NCBI GenBank assembly: GCA_964057225.1
Contig: CAXKVF010000103.1
Location: forward strand, 1 to 60,137
DNA: 60,137 nucleotides
Source: Auanema rhodensis
Lineage: Eukaryota > Animalia > Nematoda
Direction: 5' to 3'
The translations under genes and the position numbers were made by a program. Below, in pieces: positions 29,001-45,200 of the stretch (position 1 is the first letter of the stretch; every line of letters starts with the position of its first letter). The notes beneath the pieces are model-generated. The model ran no database searches and was not told where the DNA came from. It saw only the letters and a list, made by a program, of their open reading frames with translations.

Positions 29001-32000
29001 ATCTCTTCATCTTTTACGTGAAGCGAGTTACATACCAAGTGCACATCACGTGTACATTTAATTAGCATAAATTAAAGTTCACGTAAATTTCAAAGTCATG
29101 GTTACCATGCACCAATGTCAATAAAAATTTGTTTTTAGACTAATATGGACATGGGGAATCTAATTTTGAAAACCGCATCTCTTTATCTTTCACGTGAAGC
29201 GAGTTACATACCAAGTGCACATCACGTGTACATTTAATTAGCATAAATTAAAGTTCACGTAAATTTCAAAGTCATGGTTACCATGCACCAATATCAATAA
29301 AAATTTGTTTTTAGACTAATATGGACATGGGGAATCTAATTTTGAAAACCGCATCTCTTTATCTTTCACGTGAAGCGAGTTACATACCAAGTGCACATCA
29401 CGTGTACATTTAATTAGCATAAATTAAAGTTCACGTAAATTTCAAAGTCATGGTTACCATGCACCAATGTCAATAAAAATTTGTTTTTAGACTAATATGG
29501 ACATGGGGAATCTAATTTTGAAAACCGCATCTCTTCATCTTTCACGTGAAGCGAGTTACATACCAAGTGCACATCACGTGTACATTTAATTAGCATAAAT
29601 TAAAGTTCACGTAAATTTCAAAGTCATGGTTACCATGCACCAATATCAATAAAAATTTGTTTTTAGACTAATATGGACATGGGGAATCTAATTTTGAAAA
29701 CCGCATCTCTTCATCTTTCACGTGAAGCGAGTTACATACCAAGTGCACATCACGTGTACATTTAATTAGCATAAATTAAAGTTCACGTAAATTTCAAAGT
29801 CATGGTTACCATGCACCAATATCAATAAAAATTTGTTTTTAGACTAATATGGACATGGGGAATCTAATTTTGAAAACCGCATCTCTTCATCTTTTACGTG
29901 AAGCGAGTTACATACCAAGTGCACATCACGTGTACATTTAATTAGCATAAATTAAAGTTCACGTAAATTTCAAAGTCATGGTTACCATGCACCAATATCA
30001 ATAAAAATTTGTTTTTAGACTAATATGGACATGGGGAATCTAATTTTGAAAACCGCATCTCTTTATCTTTCACGTGAAGCGAGTTACATACCAAGTGCAC
30101 ATCACGTGTACATTTAATTAGCATAAATTAAAGTTCACGTAAATTTCAAAGTCATGGTTACCATGCACCAATGTCAATAAAAATTTGTTTTTAGACTAAT
30201 ATGGACATGGGGAATCTAATTTTGAAAACCGCATCTCTTCATCTTTCACGTGAAGCGAGTTACATACCAAGTGCACATCACGTGTACATTTAATTAGCAT
30301 AAATTAAAGTTCACGTAAATTTCAAAGTCATGGTTACCATTCACCAATATCAATAAAAATTTGTTTTTAGACTAATATGGACATGGGGAATCTAATTTTG
30401 AAAACCGCATCTCGTTATCTTTCACGTGAAGCGAGTTACATACCAAGTGCACATCACGTGTACATTTAATTAGCATAAATTAAAGTTCACGTAAATTTCA
30501 AAGTCATGGTTACCATGCACCAATATCAATAAAAATTTGTTTTTAGACTAATATGGACATGGGGAATCTAATTTTGAAAACCGCATCTCTTTATCTTTCA
30601 CGTGAAGCGAGTTACATACCAAGTGCACATCACGTGTACATTTAATTAGCATAAATTAAAGTTCACGTAAATTTCAAAGTCATGGTTACCATGCACCAAT
30701 ATCAATAAAAATTTGTTTTTAGACTAATATGGACATGGGGAATCTAATTTTGAAAACCGCATCTCTTCATCTTTCACGTGAAGCGAGTTACATACCAAGT
30801 GCACATCACGTGTACATTTAATTAGCATAAATTAAAGTTCACGTAAATTTCAAAGTCATGGTTACCATGCACCAATATCAATAAAAATTTGTTTTTAGAC
30901 TAATATGGACATGGGGAATCTAATTTTGAAAACCGCATCTCTTCATCTTTCACGTGAAGCGAGTTACATACCAAGTGCACATCACGTGTACATTTAATTA
31001 GCATAAATTAAAGTTCACGTAAATTTCAAAGTCATGGTTACCATGCACCAATATCAATAAAATTTGTTTTTAGACTAATATGGACATGGGGAATCTAATT
31101 TTGAAAACCGCATCTCTTCATCTTTCACGTGAAGCGAGTTACATACCAAGTGCACATCACGTGTACATTTAATTAGCATAAATTAAAGTTCACGTAAATT
31201 TCAAAGTCATGGTTACCATGCACCAATATCAATAAAAATTTGTTTTTAGACTAATATGGACATGGGGAATCTAATTTTGAAAACCGCATCTCTTTATCTT
31301 TCACGTGAAGCGAGTTACATACCAAGTGCACATCACGTGTACATTTAATTAGCATAAATTAAAGTTCACGTAAATTTCAAAGTCATGGTTACCATGCACC
31401 AATATCAATAAAAATTTGTTTTTAGACTAATATGGACATGGGGAATCTAATTTTGAAAACCGCATCTCTTTATCTTTCACGTGAAGCGAGTTACATACCA
31501 AGTGCACATCACGTGTACATTTAATTAGCATAAATTAAAGTTCACGTAAATTTCAAAGTCATGGTTACCATGCACCAATATCAATAAAAATTTGTTTTTA
31601 GACTAATATGGACATGGGGAATCTAATTTTGAAAACCGCATCTCTTTATCTTTCACGTGAAGCGAGTTACATACCAAGTGCACATCACGTGTACATTTAA
31701 TTAGCATAAATTAAAGTTCACGTAAATTTCAAAGTCATGGTTACCATGCACCAATATCAATAAAAATTTGTTTTTAGACTAATATGGACATGGGGAATCT
31801 AATTTTGAAAACCGCATCTCTTCATCTTTCACGTGAAGCGAGTTACATACCAAGTGCACATCACGTGTACATTTAATTAGCATAAATTAAAGTTCACGTA
31901 AATTTCAAAGTCATGGTTACCATGCACCAATATCAATAAAAATTTGTTTTTAAACTAATATGGACATGGGGAATCTAATTTTGAAAACCGCATCTCTTTA

Positions 32001-35000
32001 TCTTTCACGTGAAGCGAGTTACATACCAAGTGCACATCACGTGTACATTTAATTAGCATAAATTAAAGTTCACGTAAATTTCAAAGTCATGGTTACCATG
32101 CACCAATATCAATAAAAATTTGTTTTTAGACTAATATGGACATGGGGAATCTAATTTTGAAAACCGCATCTCTTTATCTTTCACGTGAAGCGAGTTACAT
32201 ACCAAGTGCACATCACGTGTACATTTAATTAGCATAAATTAAAGTTCACGTAAATTTCAAAGTCATGGTTACCATGCACCAATATCAATAAAAATTTGTT
32301 TTTAGACTAATATGGACATGGGGAATCTAATTTTGAAAACCGCATCTCTTCATCTTTTACGTGAAGCGAGTTACATACCAAGTGCACATCACGTGTACAT
32401 TTAATTAGCATAAATTAAAGTTCACGTAAATTTCAAAGTCATGGTTACCATGCACCAATGTCAATAAAAATTTGTTTTTAGACTAATATGGACATGGGGA
32501 ATCTAATTTTGAAAACCGCATCTCTTTATCTTTCACGTGAAGCGAGTTACATACCAAGTGCACATCACGTGTACATTTAATTAGCATAAATTAAAGTTCA
32601 CGTAAATTTCAAAGTCATGGTTACCATGCACCAATATCAATAAAAATTTGTTTTTAGACTAATATGGACATGGGGAATCTAATTTTGAAAACCGCATCTC
32701 TTCATCTTTCACGTGAAGCGAGTTACATACCAAGTGCACATCACGTGTACATTTAATTAGCATAAATTAAAGTTCACGTAAATTTCAAAGTCATGGTTAC
32801 CATGCACCAATGTCAATAAAAATTTGTTTTTAGACTAATATGGACATGGGGAATCTAATTTTGAAAACCGCATCTCTTCATCTTTCACGTGAAGCGAGTT
32901 ACATACCAAGTGCACATCACGTGTACATTTAATTAGCATAAATTAAAGTTCACGTAAATTTCAAAGTCATGGTTACCATGCACCAATATCAATAAAAATT
33001 TGTTTTTAGACTAATATGGACATGGGGAATCTAATTTTGAAAACCGCATCTCTTCATCTTTCACGTGAAGCGAGTTACATACCAAGTGCACATCACGTGT
33101 ACATTTAATTAGCATAAATTAAAGTTCACGTAAATTTCAAAGTCATGGTTACCATGCACCAATATCAATAAAAATTTGTTTTTAGACTAATATGGACATG
33201 GGGAATCTAATTTTGAAAACCGCATCTCTTCATCTTTTACGTGAAGCGAGTTACATACCAAGTGCACATCACGTGTACATTTAATTAGCATAAATTAAAG
33301 TTCACGTAAATTTCAAAGTCATGGTTACCATGCACCAATATCAATAAAAATTTGTTTTTAGACTAATATGGACATGGGGAATCTAATTTTGAAAACCGCA
33401 TCTCTTTATCTTTCACGTGAAGCGAGTTACATACCAAGTGCACATCACGTGTACATTTAATTAGCATAAATTAAAGTTCACGTAAATTTCAAAGTCATGG
33501 TTACCATGCACCAATGTCAATAAAAATTTGTTTTTAGACTAATATGGACATGGGGAATCTAATTTTGAAAACCGCATCTCTTCATCTTTCACGTGAAGCG
33601 AGTTACATACCAAGTGCACATCACGTGTACATTTAATTAGCATAAATTAAAGTTCACGTAAATTTCAAAGTCATGGTTACCATTCACCAATATCAATAAA
33701 AATTTGTTTTTAGACTAATATGGACATGGGGAATCTAATTTTGAAAACCGCATCTCGTTATCTTTCACGTGAAGCGAGTTACATACCAAGTGCACATCAC
33801 GTGTACATTTAATTAGCATAAATTAAAGTTCACGTAAATTTCAAAGTCATGGTTACCATGCACCAATATCAATAAAAATTTGTTTTTAGACTAATATGGA
33901 CATGGGGAATCTAATTTTGAAAACCGCATCTCTTTATCTTTCACGTGAAGCGAGTTACATACCAAGTGCACATCACGTGTACATTTAATTAGCATAAATT
34001 AAAGTTCACGTAAATTTCAAAGTCATGGTTACCATGCACCAATATCAATAAAAATTTGTTTTTAGACTAATATGGACATGGGGAATCTAATTTTGAAAAC
34101 CGCATCTCTTTATCTTTCACGTGAAGCGAGTTACATACCAAGTGCACATCACGTGTACATTTAATTAGCATAAATTAAAGTTCACGTAAATTTCAAAGTC
34201 ATGGTTACCATGCACCAATGTCAATAAAAATTTGTTTTTAGACTAATATGGACATGGGGAATCTAATTTTGAAAACCGCATCTCTTCATCTTTCACGTGA
34301 AGCGAGTTACATACCAAGTGCACATCACGTGTACATTTAATTAGCATAAATTAAAGTTCACGTAAATTTCAAAGTCATGGTTACCATTCACCAATATCAA
34401 TAAAAATTTGTTTTTAGACTAATATGGACATGGGGAATCTAATTTTGAAAACCGCATCTCGTTATCTTTCACGTGAAGCGAGTTACATACCAAGTGCACA
34501 TCACGTGTACATTTAATTAGCATAAATTAAAGTTCACGTAAATTTCAAAGTCATGGTTACCATGCACCAATATCAATAAAAATTTGTTTTTAGACTAATA
34601 TGGACATGGGGAATCTAATTTTGAAAACCGCATCTCTTTATCTTTCACGTGAAGCGAGTTACATACCAAGTGCACATCACGTGTACATTTAATTAGCATA
34701 AATTAAAGTTCACGTAAATTTCAAAGTCATGGTTACCATGCACCAATATCAATAAAAATTTGTTTTTAGACTAATATGGACATGGGGAATCTAATTTTGA
34801 AAACCGCATCTCTTCATCTTTTACGTGAAGCGAGTTACATACCAAGTGCACATCACGTGTACATTTAATTAGCATAAATTAAAGTTCACGTAAATTTCAA
34901 AGTCATGGTTACCATGCACCAATATCAATAAAAATTTGTTTTTAGACTAATATGGACATGGGGAATCTAATTTTGAAAACCGCATCTCTTTATCTTTCAC

Positions 35001-36280
35001 GTGAAGCGAGTTACATACCAAGTGCACATCACGTGTACATTTAATTAGCATAAATTAAAGTTCACGTAAATTTCAAAGTCATGGTTACCATGCACCAATA
35101 TCAATAAAAATTTGTTTTTAGACTAATATGGACATGGGGAATCTAATTTTGAAAACCGCATCTCTTTATCTTTCACGTGAAGCGAGTTACATACCAAGTG
35201 CACATCACGTGTACATTTAATTAGCATAAATTAAAGTTCACGTAAATTTCAAAGTCATGGTTACCATAAACCAATATCAATAAAAATTTGTTTTTAGACT
35301 AATATGGACATGGGGAATCTAATTTTGAAAACCGCATCTCTTTATCTTTCACGTGAAGCGAGTTACATACCAAGTGCACATCACGTGTACATTTAATTAG
35401 CATAAATTAAAGTTCACGTAAATTTCAAAGTCATGGTTACCATGAACCAATATCAATAAAAATTTGTTTTTAGACTAATATGGACATGGGGAATCTAATT
35501 TTGAAAACCGCATCTCTTTATCTTTCACGTGAAGCGAGTTACATACCAAGTGCACATCACGTGTACATTTAATTAGCATAAATTAAAGTTCACGTAAATT
35601 TCAAAGTCATGGTTACCATGCACCAATATCAATAAAAATTTGTTTTTAGACTAATATGGACATGGGGAATCTAATGTTGAAAACCGCATCTCTTTATCTT
35701 TCACGTGAAGCGAGTTACATACCAAGTGCACATCACGTGTACATTTAATTAGCATAAATTAAAGTTCACGTAAATTTCAAAGTCATGGTTACCATGAACC
35801 AATATCAATAAAAATTTGTTTTTAGACTAATATGGACATGGGGAATCTAATTTTGAAAACCGCATCTCGTTATCTTTCACGTGAAGCGAGTTACATACCA
35901 AGTGCACATCACGTGTACATTTAATTAGCATAAATTAAAGTTCACGTAAATTTCAAAGTCATGGTTACCATGCACCAATATCAATAAAAATTTGTTTTTA
36001 GACTAATATGGACATGGGGAATCTAATTTTGAAAACCGCATCTCTTTATCTTTCACGTGAAGCGAGTTACATACCAAGTGCACATCACGTGTACATTTAA
36101 TTAGCATAAATTAAAGTTCACGTAAATTTCAAAGTCATGGTTACCATGCACCAATATCAATAAAAATTTGTTTTTAGACTAATATGGACATGGGGAATCT
36201 AATTTTGAAAACCGCATCTCTTCATCTTTCACGTGAAGCGAGTTACATACCAAGTGCACATCACGTGTACATTTAATTAG

Positions 36281-39200
36281 CATAAATTAAAGTTCACGTA
36301 AATTTCAAAGTCATGGTTACCATGCACCAATATCAATAAAAATTTGTTTTTAAACTAATATGGACATGGGGAATCTAATTTTGAAAACCGCATCTCTTTA
36401 TCTTTCACGTGAAGCGAGTTACATACCAAGTGCACATCACGTGTACATTTAATTAGCATAAATTAAAGTTCACGTAAATTTCAAAGTCATGGTTACCATG
36501 CACCAATATCAATAAAAATTTGTTTTTAGACTAATATGGACATGGGGAATCTAATTTTGAAAACCGCATCTCTTTATCTTTCACGTGAAGCGAGTTACAT
36601 ACCAAGTGCACATCACGTGTACATTTAATTAGCATAAATTAAAGTTCACGTAAATTTCAAAGACATGGGGAATCAATTAGCATAAATTAAAGTTCACGTA
36701 AATTTCAAGGACATGGGGAATCTAATTTTGAAAACCGCATCTCGTTATCTTTCACGTGAAGCGAGTTACATACCAAGTGCACATCACGTGTACATTTAAT
36801 TAGCATAAATTAAAGTTCACGTAAATTTCAAAGTCATGGTTACCATGCACCAATATCAATAAAAATTTGTTTTTAGACTAATATGGACATGGGGAATCTA
36901 ATTTTGAAAACCGCATCTCTTTATCTTTCACGTGAAGCGAGTTACATACCAAGTGCACATCACGTGTACATTTAATTAGCATAAATTAAAGTTCACGTAA
37001 ATTTCAAAGTCATGGTTACCATGCACCAATATCAATAAAAATTTGTTTTTAGACTAATATGGACATGGGGAATCTAATTTTGAAAACCGCATCTCTTCAT
37101 CTTTCACGTGAAGCGAGTTACATACCAAGTGCACATCACGTGTACATTTAATTAGCATAAATTAAAGTTCACGTAAATTTCAAAGTCATGGTTACCATGC
37201 ACCAATATCAATAAAAATTTGTTTTTAAACTAATATGGACATGGGGAATCTAATTTTGAAAACCGCATCTCTTTATCTTTCACGTGAAGCGAGTTACATA
37301 CCAAGTGCACATCACGTGTACATTTAATTAGCATAAATTAAAGTTCACGTAAATTTCAAAGTCATGGTTACCATGCACCAATATCAATAAAAATTTGTTT
37401 TTAGACTAATATGGACATGGGGAATCTAATTTTGAAAACCGCATCTCTTTATCTTTCACGTGAAGCGAGTTACATACCAAGTGCACATCACGTGTACATT
37501 TAATTAGCATAAATTAAAGTTCACGTAAATTTCAAAGTCATGGTTACCATAAACCAATATCAATAAAAATTTGTTTTTAGACTAATATGGACATGGGGAA
37601 TCTAATTTTGAAAACCGCATCTCTTTATCTTTCACGTGAAGCGAGTTACATACCAAGTGCACATCACGTGTACATTTAATTAGCATAAATTAAAGTTCAC
37701 GTAAATTTCAAAGTCATGGTTACCATGAACCAATATCAATAAAAATTTGTTTTTAGACTAATATGGACATGGGGAATCTAATTTTGAAAACCGCATCTCT
37801 TCATCTTTCACGTGAAGCGAGTTACATACCAAGTGCACATCACGTGTACATTTAATTAGCATAAATTAAAGTTCACGTAAATTTCAAAGTCATGGTTACC
37901 ATGCACCAATATCAATAAAAATTTGTTTTTAGACTAATATGGACATGGGGAATCTAATTTTGAAAACCGCATCTCTTTATCTTTCACGTGAAGCGAGTTA
38001 CATACCAAGTGCACATCACGTGTACATTTAATTAGCATAAATTAAAGTTCACGTAAATTTCAAAGTCATGGTTACCATGCACCAATATCAATAAAAATTT
38101 GTTTTTAGACTAATATGGACATGGGGAATCTAATTTTGAAAACCGCATCTCTTTATCTTTCACGTGAAGCGAGTTACATACCAAGTGCACATCACGTGTA
38201 CATTTAATTAGCATAAATTAAAGTTCACGTAAATTTCAAAGTCATGGTTACCATGAACCAATATCAATAAAAATTTGTTTTTAGACTAATATGGACATGG
38301 GGAATCTAATTTTGAAAACCGCATCTCTTTATCTTTCACGTGAAGCGAGTTACATACCAAGTGCACATCACGTGTACATTTAATTAGCATAAATTAAAGT
38401 TCACGTAAATTTCAAAGTCATGGTTACCATGAACCAATATCAATAAAAATTTGTTTTTAGACTAATATGGACATGGGGAATCTAATTTTGAAAACCGCAT
38501 CTCTTTATCTTTCACGTGAAGCGAGTTACATACCAAGTGCCCATCACGTGTACATTTAATTAGCATAAATTAAAGTTCACGTAAATTTCAAAGTCATGGT
38601 TACCATGCACCAATGTCAATAAAAATTTGTTTTTAGACTAATATGGACTTGGGGAATCTAATTTTGAAAACCGCATCTCTTCATCTTTCACGTGAAGCGA
38701 GTTACATACCAAGTGCACATCACGTGTACATTTAATTAGCATAAATTAAAGTTCACGTAAATTTCAAAGTCATGGTTACCATGCACCAATATCAATAAAA
38801 ATTTGTTTTTAGACTAATATGGACATGGGGAATTTAATTTTGAAAACCGCATCTCTTCATCTTTCACGTGAAGCGAGTTACATACCAAGTGCACATCACG
38901 TGTACATTTAATTAGCATAAATTAAAGTTCACGTAAATTTCAAAGTCATGGTTACCATGCACCAATATCAATAAGAATTTGTTTTTAGACTAATATGGAC
39001 ATGGGGAATCTAATTTTGAAAACCGCATCTCTTTATCTTTCACGTGAAGCGAGTTACATACCAAGTGCACATCACGTGTACATTTAATTAGCATAAATTA
39101 AAGTTCACGTAAATTTCAAAGTCATGGTTACCATGCACCAATATCAATAAAAATTTGTTTTTAGACTAATATGGACATGGGGAATCTAATTTTGAAAACC

Positions 39201-42200
39201 GCATCTCTTCATCTTTCACGTGAAGCGAGTTACATACCAAGTGCACATCACGTGTACATTTAATTAGCATAAATTAAAGTTCACGTAAATTTCAAAGTCA
39301 TGGTTACCATGCACCAATATCAATAAAAATTTGTTTTTAGACTAATATGGACATGGGGAATCTAATTTTGAAAACCGCATCTCTTTATCTTTCACGTGAA
39401 GCGAGTTACATACCAAGTGCACATCACGTGTACATTTAATTAGCATAAATTAAAGTTCACGTAAATTTCAAAGTCATGGTTACCATGCACCAATGTCAAT
39501 AAAAATTTGTTTTTAGACTAATATGGACATGGGGAATCTAATTTTGAAAACCGCATCTCCTTATCTTTCACGTGAAGCGAGTTACATACCAAGTGCACAT
39601 CACGTGTACATTTAATTAGCATAAATTAAAGTTCACGTAAATTTCAAAGTCATGGTTACCATGCACCAATATCAATAAAAATTTGTTTTTAGACTAATAT
39701 GGACATGGGGAGTCTAATTTTGAAAACCGCATCTCTTCATCTTTTACGTGAAGCGAGTTACATACCAAGTGCACATCACGTGTACATTTAATTAGCATAA
39801 ATTAAAGTTCACGTAAATTTCAAAGTCATGGTTACCATGCACCAATATCAATAAAAATTTGTTTTTAGACTAATATGGACATGGGGAATCTAATTTTGAA
39901 AACCGCATCTCTTTATCTTTCACGTGAAGCGAGTTACATACCAAGTGCACATCACGTGTACATTTAATTAGCATAAATTAAAGTTCACGTAAATTTCAAA
40001 GTCATGGTTACCATGCACCAATATCAATAAAAATTTGTTTTTAGACTAATATGGACATGGGGAATCTAATTTTGAAAACCGCATCTCTTTATCTTTCACG
40101 TGAAGCGAGTTACATACCAAGTGCACATCACGTGTACATTTAATTAGCATAAATTAAAGTTCACGTAAATTTCAAAGTCATGGTTACCATGCACCAATAT
40201 CAATAAAAATTTGTTTTTAGACTAATATGGACATGGGGAATCTAATTTTGAAAACCGCATCTCTTCATCTTTTACGTGAAGCGAGTTACATACCAAGTGC
40301 ACATCACGTGTACATTTAATTAGCATAAATTAAAGTTCACGTAAATTTCAAAGTCATGGTTACCATGCACCAATATCAATAAAAATTTGTTTTTAGACTA
40401 ATATGGACATGGGGAATCTAATTTTGAAAACCGCATCTCTTTATCTTTCACGTGAAGCGAGTTACATACCAAGTGCACATCACGTGTACATTTAATTAGC
40501 ATAAATTAAAGTTCACGTAAATTTCAAAGTCATGGTTACCATGCACCAATATCAATAAAAATTTGTTTTTAGACTAATATGGACATGAGGAATCTAATTT
40601 TGAAAACCGCATCTCTTTATCTTTCACGTGAAGCGAGTTACATACCAAGTGCACATCACGTGTACATTTAATTAGCATAAATTAAAGTTCACGTAAATTT
40701 CAAAGTCATGGTTACCATAAACCAATATCAATAAAAATTTGTTTTTAGACTAATATGGACATGGGGAATCTAATTTTGAAAACCGCATCTCTTTATCTTT
40801 CACGTGAAGCGAGTTACATACCAAGTGCACATCACGTGTACATTTAATTAGCATAAATTAAAGTTCACGTAAATTTCAAAGTCATGGTTACCATGAACCA
40901 ATATCAATAAAAATTTGTTTTTAGACTAATATGGACATGGGGAATCTAATTTTGAAAACCGCATCTCTTTATCTTTCACGTGAAGCGAGTTACATACCAA
41001 GTGCACATCACGTGTACATTTAATTAGCATAAATTAAAGTTCACGTAAATTTCAAAGTCATGGTTACCATGCACCAATATCAATAAAAATTTGTTTTTAG
41101 ACTAATATGGACATGGGGAATCTAATGTTGAAAACCGCATCTCTTTATCTTTCACGTGAAGCGAGTTACATACCAAGTGCACATCACGTGTACATTTAAT
41201 TAGCATAAATTAAAGTTCACGTAAATTTCAAAGTCATGGTTACCATGAACCAATATCAATAAAAATTTGTTTTTAGACTAATATGGACATGGGGAATCTA
41301 ATTTTGAAAACCGCATCTCGTTATCTTTCACGTGAAGCGAGTTACATACCAAGTGCACATCACGTGTACATTTAATTAGCATAAATTAAAGTTCACGTAA
41401 ATTTCAAAGTCATGGTTACCATGCACCAATATCAATAAAAATTTGTTTTTAGACTAATATGGACATGGGGAATCTAATTTTGAAAACCGCATCTCTTTAT
41501 CTTTCACGTGAAGCGAGTTACATACCAAGTGCACATCACGTGTACATTTAATTAGCATAAATTAAAGTTCACGTAAATTTCAAAGTCATGGTTACCATGC
41601 ACCAATATCAATAAAAATTTGTTTTTAGACTAATATGGACATGGGGAATCTAATTTTGAAAACCGCATCTCTTCATCTTTCACGTGAAGCGAGTTACATA
41701 CCAAGTGCACATCACGTGTACATTTAATTAGCATAAATTAAAGTTCACGTAAATTTCAAAGTCATGGTTACCATGCACCAATATCAATAAAAATTTGTTT
41801 TTAAACTAATATGGACATGGGGAATCTAATTTTGAAAACCGCATCTCTTTATCTTTCACGTGAAGCGAGTTACATACCAAGTGCACATCACGTGTACATT
41901 TAATTAGCATAAATTAAAGTTCACGTAAATTTCAAAGTCATGGTTACCATGCACCAATATCAATAAAAATTTGTTTTTAGACTAATATGGACATGGGGAA
42001 TCTAATTTTGAAAACCGCATCTCTTTATCTTTCACGTGAAGCGAGTTACATACCAAGTGCACATCACGTGTACATTTAATTAGCATAAATTAAAGTTCAC
42101 GTAAATTTCAAAGTCATGGTTACCATGCACCAATATCAATAAAAATTTGTTTTTAGACTAATATGGACATGGGGAATCTAATTTTGAAAACCGCATCTCT

Positions 42201-45200
42201 TTATCTTTCACGTGAAGCGAGTTACATACCAAGTGCACATCACGTGTACATTTAATTAGCATAAATTAAAGTTCACGTAAATTTCAAAGTCATGGTTACC
42301 ATGAACCAATATCAATAAAAATTTGTTTTTAGACTAATATGGACATGGGGAATCTAATTTTGAAAACCGCATCTCTTTATCTTTCACGTGAAGCGAGTTA
42401 CATACCAAGTGCACATCACGTGTACATTTAATTAGCATAAATTAAAGTTCACGTAAATTTCAAAGTCATGGTTACCATGCACCAATATCAATAAAAATTT
42501 GTTTTTAGACTAATATGGACATGGGGAATCTAATTTTGAAAATCGCATCTCTTTATCTTTCACGTGAAGCGAGTTACATACCAAGTGCACATCACGTGTA
42601 CATTTAATTAGCATAAATTAAAGTTCACGTAAATTTCAAAGTCATGGTTACCATGCACCAATATCAATAAAAATTTGTTTTTAGACTAATATGGACATGG
42701 GGAATCTAATTTTGAAAACCGCATCTCTTTATCTTTCACGTGAAGCGAGTTACATACCAAGTGCACATCACGTGTACATTTAATTAGCATAAATTAAAGT
42801 TCACGTAAATTTCAAAGTCATGGTTACCATGCACCAATGTCAATAAAAATTTGTTTTTAGACTAATATGGACATGGGGAATCTAATTTTGAAAACCGCAT
42901 CTCTTTATCTTTCACGTGAAGCGAGTTACATACCAAGTGCACATCACGTGTACATTTAATTAGCATAAATTAAAGTTCACGTAAATTTCAAAGTCATGGT
43001 TACCATGCACCAATATCAATAAAAATTTGTTTTTAGACTAATATGGACATGGGGAATCTAATTTTGAAAACCGCATCTCTTTATCTTTCACGTGAAGCGA
43101 GTTACATACCAAGTGCACATCACGTGTACATTTAATTAGCATAAATTAAAGTTCACGTAAATTTCAAAGTCATGGTTACCATGCACCAATGTCAATAAAA
43201 ATTTGTTTTTAGACTAATATGGACATGGGGAATCTAATTTTGAAAACCGCATCTCTTCATCTTTCACGTGAAGCGAGTTACATACGAAGTGCACATCACG
43301 TGTACATTTAATTAGCATAAATTAAAGTTCACGTAAATTTCAAAGTCATGGTTACCATGCACCAATATCAATAAAAATTTGTTTTTAGACTAATATGGAC
43401 ATGGGGAATCTAATTTTGAAAACCGCATCTCTTTATCTTTCACGTGAAGCGAGTTACATACCAAGTGCACATCACGTGTACATTTAATTAGCATAAATTA
43501 AAGTTCACGTAAATTTCAAAGTCATGGTTACCATGCACCAATATCAATAAAAATTTGTTTTTAGACTAATATGGACATGGGGAATCTAATTTTGAAAACC
43601 GCATCTCTTCATCTTTCACGTGAAGCGAGTTACATACCAAGTGCACATCACGTGTACATTTAATTAGCATAAATTAAAGTTCACGTAAATTTCAAAGTCA
43701 TGGTTACCATGCACCAATATCAATAAAAATTTGTTTTTAAACTAATATGGACATGGGGAATCTAATTTTGAAAACCGCATCTCTTTATCTTTCACGTGAA
43801 GCGAGTTACATACCAAGTGCACATCACGTGTACATTTAATTAGCATAAATTAAAGTTCACGTAAATTTCAAAGTCATGGTTACCATGCACCAATATCAAT
43901 AAAAATTTGTTTTTAGACTAATATGGACATGGGGAATCTAATTTTGAAAACCGCATCTCTTTATCTTTCACGTGAAGCGAGTTACATACCAAGTGCACAT
44001 CACGTGTACATTTAATTAGCATAAATTAAAGTTCACGTAAATTTCAAAGTCATGGTTACCATGCACCAATATCAATAAAAATTTGTTTTTAGACTAATAT
44101 GGACATGGGGAATCTAATTTTGAAAACCGCATCTCTTTATCTTTCACGTGAAGCGAGTTACATACCAAGTGCACATCACGTGTACATTTAATTAGCATAA
44201 ATTAAAGTTCACGTAAATTTCAAAGTCATGGTTACCATGAACCAATATCAATAAAAATTTGTTTTTAGACTAATATGGACATGGGGAATCTAATTTTGAA
44301 AACCGCATCTCTTTATCTTTCACGTGAAGCGAGTTACATACCAAGTGCACATCACGTGTACATTTAATTAGCATAAATTAAAGTTCACGTAAATTTCAAA
44401 GTCATGGTTACCATGCACCAATATCAATAAAAATTTGTTTTTAGACTAATATGGACATGGGGAATCTAATTTTGAAAACCGCATCTCTTTATCTTTCACG
44501 TGAAGCGAGTTACATACCAAGTGCACATCACGTGTACATTTAATTAGCATAAATTAAAGTTCACGTAAATTTCAAAGTCATGGTTACCATGAACCAATAT
44601 CAATAAAAATTTGTTTTTAGACTAATATGGACATGGGGAATCTAATTTTGAAAACCGCATCTCTTTATCTTTCACGTGAAGCGAGTTACATACCAAGTGC
44701 ACATCACGTGTACATTTAATTAGCATAAATTAAAGTTCACGTAAATTTCAAAGTCATGGTTACCATGCACCAATATCAATAAAAATTTGTTTTTAGACTA
44801 ATATGGACATGGGGAATCTAATTTTGAAAACCGCATCTCTTTATCTTTCACGTGAAGCGAGTTACATACCAAGTGCACATCACGTGTACATTTAATTAGC
44901 ATAAATTAAAGTTCACGTAAATTTCAAAGTCATGGTTACCATGAACCAATATCAATAAAAATTTGTTTTTAGACTAATATGGACATGGGGAATCTAATTT
45001 TGAAAACCGCATCTCTTTATCTTTCACGTGAAGCGAGTTACATACCAAGTGCACATCACGTGTACATTTAATTAGCATAAATTAAAGTTCACGTAAATTT
45101 CAAAGTCATGGTTACCATGAACCAATATCAATAAAAATTTGTTTTTAGACTAATATGGACATGGGGAATCTAATTTTGAAAACCGCATCTCTTTATCTTT

